Shown here: in pieces, positions 58,885 through 64,000 of the stretch
How the letters are laid out: every line of letters starts with the position of its first letter
How positions within the stretch are numbered: the first letter of the stretch is position 1
Assembly (NCBI GenBank): GCA_944379995.1
Contig: CALWGF010000005.1
Span: forward strand, 48,009-112,008
DNA length: 64,000 bases
Direction: 5' to 3'
Source: an uncultured Clostridia bacterium
Lineage (GTDB): Bacteria; Bacillota; Clostridia; Lachnospirales; Anaerotignaceae
Program-made: the position numbers and the translations under genes
Notes under the pieces: model-generated
The model's input: the letters and a program-made list of their open reading frames with translations, nothing else
Told to the model about the DNA's origin: nothing
Databases searched by the model: none

Positions 58885-59788
58885 CATTAATACAAGTATA
58901 AATATATGTGGTGTTGAAATGAAAAACCCTGTTACAACAGCTTCTGGAACATTCGGTTCTGGTAGAGAATACGGCGAGTTTGTTGACCTTAATAGACTTG
59001 GTGCTGTTACTGTAAAAGGTGTTGCTGCACACCCTTGGAAAGGAAATAATTCACCTCGTATTGCTGAAACATATGGTGGTATGCTTAATTCAGTAGGTCT
59101 TCAGAACCCTGGTGCAGATTATTTTATGGAAAATGATATTCCATTTTTAAGACAGTTTGATACAAAAATTATTGTAAATATATGTGGTCACTCAATAGAA
59201 GAATACTGCGAAGTGGCAGAAAAACTTTCTGATGCTGATATAGATTTATTTGAACTTAATATATCTTGTCCTAATGTTTCTGAAGGTGGTATTGCTTTTG
59301 GTACACAACCTGTTATGGTTGAAAAAGTTGTTTCTGAGGTTAAAAAATATACAAAACGTCCTCTTATAGTAAAATTAAGCCCTAATGTAACAGATATTAC
59401 TGAAATAGCAAGAGCTGCTGTAAGTGGTGGTGCTGATGCTCTTTCTCTTATAAATACTCTTATGGGTATGAGAATTGATATTCATAGAAGAAAACCTGTG
59501 CTTGCAAATAAAATAGGTGGTTTTTCCGGTCCAGCTGTAAAACCTGTTGCTGTTAGAATGGTTTATCAGGTTTCAAAAGCTGTTGATGTTCCTATAATTG
59601 GTATGGGTGGTATATCAAACGGTGATGATGCAATAGAATTTATTATGGCTGGTGCAACAGGAGTTGCTGTTGGTACTGCTAACTTTGCAAATCCTTTTGC
59701 TACTATTGAAGTTGTTGAAGGAATTGAAAATTATATGAGAAAATATGGTATTAAAGATTTATCTGAAATACGTGGTATTATAGATTAA
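58877..59788 (+). CDS. pyrD: Dihydroorotate dehydrogenase, type 1B catalytic subunit
   Basis: ASGTFG, NISCPN, VKLSPN, GGFSGP. Confidence 0.95.
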   Translation: MSNINTSINICGVEMKNPVTTASGTFGSGREYGEFVDLNRLGAVTVKGVAAHPWKGNNSPRIAETYGGMLNSVGLQNPGADYFMENDIPFLRQFDTKIIVNICGHSIEEYCEVAEKLSDADIDLFELNISCPNVSEGGIAFGTQPVMVEKVVSEVKKYTKRPLIVKLSPNVTDITEIARAAVSGGADALSLINTLMGMRIDIHRRKPVLANKIGGFSGPAVKPVAVRMVYQVSKAVDVPIIGMGGISNGDDAIEFIMAGATGVAVGTANFANPFATIEVVEGIENYMRKYGIKDLSEIRGIID

Positions 59789-59803
59789 TGGAGGGTATTT
59801 AAT

Positions 59804-60466
59804 ATGTTAACAGCAAAGAAAAAAGAATTTATTGAATTTATGATGAGTGCTGATGTACTTCGTTTTGGAGAGTTTAAAACAAAAAGTGGACGTCTTACAC
59901 CATACTTTGTAAATACAGGTAACTATAAAACAGGTAAACAGATTGCTACACTTGCAAAATTTTATGCTGAACTTATAAAAGAAACTTGCGGTGATGAATT
60001 TGATGCAATGTTTGGTCCTGCTTATAAAGGTATTCCTCTTGCAGCATCAACAGCAGCTACACTTGCAACAGAATATAATATTGATAAAGCATATTTCTTT
60101 AATAGAAAAGAAGTTAAAGACCATGGCGAAGGTGGAAGCCTTGTAGGTTATAAACCTGTTGACGGTGATAGAATTATAATAATTGAAGATGTTATTACAG
60201 CAGGAACAGCTATAAGAGAAACAATGCCTATACTTTTTGATAGTGCTGATGTTAAAGTTAAAGATATGTTTATATCTGTAAACCGTTGTGAAGTTGGTCA
60301 GAATAGCGAAAAAACAGCTATTATGGAAGTTAAAGAAGAATTTGGTATAAATGTTCATTCAATAATATCTGTTGTTGATATTTATGAATATCTTAAAGAA
60401 CAGGGAACTTATGGAGATGTTCTTGAAAATATGAAAAAATATATGGATACATACTGTATATTATAA
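59804..60466 (+). CDS. pyrE: Orotate phosphoribosyltransferase
   Basis: KSGR, GPAYKGIP, RKEVKDHGEGG, IEDVITAG. Confidence 0.95.
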   Translation: MLTAKKKEFIEFMMSADVLRFGEFKTKSGRLTPYFVNTGNYKTGKQIATLAKFYAELIKETCGDEFDAMFGPAYKGIPLAASTAATLATEYNIDKAYFFNRKEVKDHGEGGSLVGYKPVDGDRIIIIEDVITAGTAIRETMPILFDSADVKVKDMFISVNRCEVGQNSEKTAIMEVKEEFGINVHSIISVVDIYEYLKEQGTYGDVLENMKKYMDTYCIL

Positions 60467-60485
60467 TAAAAAATGATAAGAAATA

Positions 60486-60512
60486 AAAAAAGAGGGGAAA
60501 CCCTCTTTTTTT
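60486..60512. terminator. Bidirectional terminator
   Basis: AAAAAAGAGGG GAAA CCCTCTTTTTT between convergent genes. Confidence 0.85.
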
Positions 60513-61569
60513 ATGAATTAAGTTCGTCTAAAAGCTCTTTTACAGTAACGATTTTATCTATTCTGTAAGCATTTTCACCACAGAATATAAGTGAATTATC
60601 GACATCACCTTTTACAGCACGAACAAGAGCACTTGTTATACAATAAGGTGTTTCTTTTGGATTACAATGGTCAAGACAACGATAACATTTTGTTACGTTT
60701 TCACGTTCTTTTTCTCTAAGTTTTATAAAATCATTTCTTATTGCACGTCCCGGCATACCAACAGGACTTTTTACAATAACTATATCTTCTTTTTTAGCAT
60801 TTACATATGCCATTTTATATTTTATATCAGCGTCACATTCTTCTGTTGCTACAAAACGAGTTGCCATTTGTACACCAGAACAACCAAGGCTCATATAATG
60901 GTCAATATCACTTCTGTCATAAACACCACCTGCAAATATTACAGGTATACTTTTATTATACTTTTCTTCAAATTCTTTTACATATTCAATTATTTTTACA
61001 ACTTCTTCATCATAGTTTGAAAAATCATTTTTTTCAAGTTCTTCTGGTGAAAAACCAAGATGACCTCCAGCTTTTGGACCTTCTATAACAACAAAGTCAG
61101 AAACTGTTTTATATCTTCTGTCCCACATTTTGAAAAGTACTTTTATTGCTTTTAATGATGAAACAATAGGAGCAAATTTTACATTTGTATCTTTTAATAG
61201 AGCAGGAAGTTCTATTGGAAGTCCTGCACCTGATATAATTATATCAGCACCACCTTCTACACAGCATTTTATATATTCGTCGTAACGCTGTGAGGCTCTC
61301 ATAACATTTACACCTATAATTCCATTGTTTGAAATTCTTTTTGCTTCTTTTATATGATATTTTAATGCTTCAAAATTTGTTTCAGCAGAATGTTCGCCAA
61401 AAGATTTTTCATCTTTATAACCCGGTTGTGCAGCAGAAATTATACCTATTGCACCTTCTTTTGCAACAGCACCGGCAAGAGAGGAAAGGCTTATTCCAAC
61501 TCCCATACCTCCTTGTATGATAGGAATTTCTGCCTTTAAATCACCTATAATCAAAGGTTTAAGTTTCAT
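60511..61569 (-). CDS. Nitronate-monooxygenase/FabK-like flavoenzyme
   Basis: PIIQGGMG, EGPKAGGH, GVQMATRF; C-terminal CxxCxxxC...C; FabT-type box upstream. Confidence 0.85.
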   Translation of the reverse strand: MKLKPLIIGDLKAEIPIIQGGMGVGISLSSLAGAVAKEGAIGIISAAQPGYKDEKSFGEHSAETNFEALKYHIKEAKRISNNGIIGVNVMRASQRYDEYIKCCVEGGADIIISGAGLPIELPALLKDTNVKFAPIVSSLKAIKVLFKMWDRRYKTVSDFVVIEGPKAGGHLGFSPEELEKNDFSNYDEEVVKIIEYVKEFEEKYNKSIPVIFAGGVYDRSDIDHYMSLGCSGVQMATRFVATEECDADIKYKMAYVNAKKEDIVIVKSPVGMPGRAIRNDFIKLREKERENVTKCYRCLDHCNPKETPYCITSALVRAVKGDVDNSLIFCGENAYRIDKIVTVKELLDELNS

Positions 61570-61591
61570 ATAAATTCATCTCCCCCAAAGT

Positions 61592-61604
61592 TTTGAGTAT
61601 CAAA
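61592..61604. promoter_or_regulatory. FabT operator
   Basis: TTTGAGTATCAAA palindrome in the leader of the FabK-like gene. Confidence 0.7.
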
Positions 61605-61720
61605 GTTTTATAGCATAAATATAATACATATGACACGTAGTGTCAATAACTATGTTTCGAAATCAATATATGTTTTTCTTGGAATAGCTATATTTTAAGG
61701 AATTTGTCAGAAAAAAAGTG

Positions 61721-61777
61721 TTGACTATGTAAAAAAAATACTATATACTTTGATTGTCAAAATATTTGATAACCAAA
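61721..61777 (+). promoter_or_regulatory. fab operon promoter with tandem FabT operators
   Basis: TTGACT-17-TATACT, then TTTGATTGTCAAA (61749-61761) and TTTGATAACCAAA (61765-61777). Confidence 0.75.
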
Positions 61778-61794
61778 TTGTTATGGAGGAATAT

Positions 61795-62250
61795 ATGGAA
61801 GAAACATTAGCTGTTATAAATCAACTTTTAGTTGACGTTTTTAATGACATACTTATAATAGAAGAAAATGCTTTAAAGTCAGGACAGTTTAATGATGTTT
61901 CCGTAACAGAAGTTCATACTGTTGAGGAGATAGGTATGTATGAACCTAAAAGTATGAGCGAGATTGCAAAAAATCTTAATATAACAGTAGGAACTCTTAC
62001 TGTTGCAATCAATAATCTTGTTAAAAAAGGTTATTGTGAAAGATACAGAAGTGATAATGATAGACGAGTTGTTAAAGTTGGTCTTACAAAAAAAGGTCGT
62101 CTTCTTTATAGAGTACATGAAAAGTTTCATGCAGATATGGTTAAAACAGCAATTTCCGATTTAACCGAAGAAGAAGATTTGGCACTTAGAAAATCATTAT
62201 CTAAATTAAACGTATTTTTGAAAGAGAAGTATAACTTAAACTGTAAATAA
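61795..62250 (+). CDS. fabT: MarR-family fatty-acid synthesis repressor
   Basis: IEENAL, EVHT, TVGTLTVAINNLVKKGY, DRRVV; first gene of the fab operon. Confidence 0.88.
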   Translation: MEETLAVINQLLVDVFNDILIIEENALKSGQFNDVSVTEVHTVEEIGMYEPKSMSEIAKNLNITVGTLTVAINNLVKKGYCERYRSDNDRRVVKVGLTKKGRLLYRVHEKFHADMVKTAISDLTEEEDLALRKSLSKLNVFLKEKYNLNCK

Positions 62251-62277
62251 TATTATTTTGATAAAAAGGAGATAAAT

Positions 62278-63249
62278 ATGTTTTCTTCTAAGATACTTTA
62301 TACTGGAAGTTATGTTCCAGAAAGAATAGTTACAAATGATGAACTTTCAGAAATAGTTGATACAAATGACGAATGGATTTCTTCAAGAACAGGTATCAAA
62401 AGACGCCATGTATCAAATGGAGAAAATGCTTCTGATTTGGCAACAAAAACAGCAGAAAATATTTTGAAAAAGGGTAATATAGACCCTCTTGATATTGAAC
62501 TTATTATTGTTGCTACTGTATCATCAGATTTCTCAACTCCTTCAACAGCTTGTCTTGTACAGGCAAATATAGGAGCAAAAAATGCAGTTGCCTTTGATGT
62601 TACAGCTGCTTGTTCAGGTTTTGTTTATGCTTTAAGCGTAGCAGACAAATTTATAAAAACTGGAGTATATAAAAATGTACTTGTTATAGGTACAGAAGTT
62701 CTTTCTAAAATTACTGATTGGACAGATAGAACTACTTGTGTACTTTTTGGTGACGGTTCTGCTGGTGTTTTACTTGAAAGAAGTGAAAATGGCGGAATTA
62801 TTGCTGAAGATATTGGAAGTGACGGTGAAAAAGGTATGTCACTTACTGCAAGTAATATTGTTGCTTCAAATGCTTTTAATGGTGTTGAAAAAGCACCTCG
62901 TTCATGTATTTCTATGGACGGTAGAGCAATATTTCAGTTTGCAACAAGAGAAATACCTAAGAGTATTGAAAAAGTAATTGAGAAAACAGGTATTGACAGA
63001 AATGAAATTAAATATGTTGTACCACATCAAGCAAACTCAAGAATAATAGAAATTATTTCTAAAAAAACAAATATACCTATGGATAAATTTTACATAAATA
63101 TGGAAGATTACGGTAATACATCTTCTGCAAGTATTCCTATTGCACTTAATGAAATGGTTGAGGCTGGAATGATTGAAAGAGGAGATAAAATACTTATTAC
63201 AGGTTTTGGAGGAGGACTCACTTGGGGTACTCTTCTTATAGAATGGTAA
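62278..63249 (+). CDS. fabH: 3-oxoacyl-ACP synthase III
   Basis: AACSGF, HQAN, GNTSSAS, GFGGG. Confidence 0.96.
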   Translation: MFSSKILYTGSYVPERIVTNDELSEIVDTNDEWISSRTGIKRRHVSNGENASDLATKTAENILKKGNIDPLDIELIIVATVSSDFSTPSTACLVQANIGAKNAVAFDVTAACSGFVYALSVADKFIKTGVYKNVLVIGTEVLSKITDWTDRTTCVLFGDGSAGVLLERSENGGIIAEDIGSDGEKGMSLTASNIVASNAFNGVEKAPRSCISMDGRAIFQFATREIPKSIEKVIEKTGIDRNEIKYVVPHQANSRIIEIISKKTNIPMDKFYINMEDYGNTSSASIPIALNEMVEAGMIERGDKILITGFGGGLTWGTLLIEW

Positions 63250-63310
63250 TGGCAGTGCTTATAATTATTATATAAATTTAAAAATTATTCAATTTTAGGA
63301 GGATTTTAAA

Positions 63311-63538
63311 ATGGTATTTGAAAAAATTAGAGAAATTATTGCAGAACAGACAGGTAAAGATGTAGAAGAAATCACAATGGAAACAAGCGTTAAAGAAGAC
63401 CTTGATGCTGATTCATTAGACCTTTTCCAGATTATCAATGATATTGAAGATGAATTTGATGTTAAAATTGAAGATGCTGAAGCTATCAAAACAGTTGCTG
63501 ACGCTGTAAACTTTGTTGAAGAAAATATGGAGAAATAA
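63311..63538 (+). CDS. acpP: Acyl carrier protein
   Basis: DLDADSLD phosphopantetheine site. Confidence 0.95.
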   Translation: MVFEKIREIIAEQTGKDVEEITMETSVKEDLDADSLDLFQIINDIEDEFDVKIEDAEAIKTVADAVNFVEENMEK

Positions 63539-63570
63539 TTTTCTACTTAGTAGGATAAGGGTGAAAAAAG

Positions 63571-64000
63571 ATGTACACAGATATTTGTGAAATGCTTGGG
63601 ATAAAATATCCTATATTTCAGGGGGCTATGGCTTGGATTTCTGATGCTGAACTCGTTTCTGCTGTATCAAATGCAGGAGGTCTTGGAGTTTTAGCAACAG
63701 GTCATCTTGACGGTGAAGGCTGTCGTGCTGAAATAAGAAAAATAAAAGAAAAAACAGATAAACCTTTCGCTGTAAATGTTATGCTTTTATCAGCATTCGT
63801 TGATGATATTGTAAAGGTTATATGTGAAGAAAAAGTTCCTGTTGTTACAACAGGTGCAGGTTCTCCACTTAAATATATGGCACAGTTTAAAGAAGCAGGT
63901 GTAAAAGTTATTCCTGTTGTTCCTTCTGTTGCTATGGCTAAAAAGTTTGTTAAAGATGGTGCTGATGCTGTCATTGCTGAAGGTACAGAATCTGGCGGAC
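63571..64000 (+). CDS. fabK: Enoyl-ACP reductase II, truncated by the window end
   Basis: MYTDICEMLGIKYPIFQGAMAW...AVSNAGGLG...TTGAG...AEGTESGG; open to the end of the window. Confidence 0.9.
   Translation, partial: MYTDICEMLGIKYPIFQGAMAWISDAELVSAVSNAGGLGVLATGHLDGEGCRAEIRKIKEKTDKPFAVNVMLLSAFVDDIVKVICEEKVPVVTTGAGSPLKYMAQFKEAGVKVIPVVPSVAMAKKFVKDGADAVIAEGTESGG

Noticed and set aside
1508-63974. The many short overlapping or antisense ORFs in the track (e.g. 13032-13649, 30643-31341, 55388-55999, 58320-58796)
   Set aside because: They are shadows of well-supported genes, with no RBS and no recognisable motifs.
1-64000. CRISPR array, tRNA/rRNA, IS, integrase or prophage
   Set aside because: No regularly spaced repeats, structural RNA signatures, transposase or phage ORFs were seen; composition looks uniform.

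Overview
AT-rich chromosomal segment from a low-GC Firmicute, most consistent with an anaerobic gut Clostridia (GGAGG ribosome-binding sites, sigma-A TTGACA-17-TATAAT promoters, FabT/FabK fatty-acid locus). Almost all genes lie on the + strand. I see no rRNA, tRNA, CRISPR array, prophage or transposase. In order, the window holds: a HAD / small Cys-rich membrane peptide / isochorismatase operon; LysR plus a split ChrA pair; a ~10 kb catabolic locus (SorC, GutM, sorbitol-family PTS IIC and IIBC, a Rossmann+SAF oxidoreductase, and a four-gene TPP/lipoamide dehydrogenase complex); a SAM methyltransferase behind a leader-peptide attenuator; a degenerate ZTP riboswitch; a Fur-boxed fezAB-like ferrosome pair; cysK-metY; a TetM-like GTPase; ilvBN-hisJ; LysR/MarR/ABC exporter; galKTE; a fluoride riboswitch with a cation:proton antiporter; an EF-G paralogue; a PhoPR-like two-component system; bioY with a BirA box; cobTUSC; a pyr operon with a pyrL-like leader peptide and no PyrR; and the start of the fab cluster. 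The best candidate for an undescribed system is the polyol-PTS + SAF oxidoreductase + TPP dehydrogenase pathway. The two unannotated leader-peptide attenuators come next. All calls are from motif recognition by eye; no database search was run.
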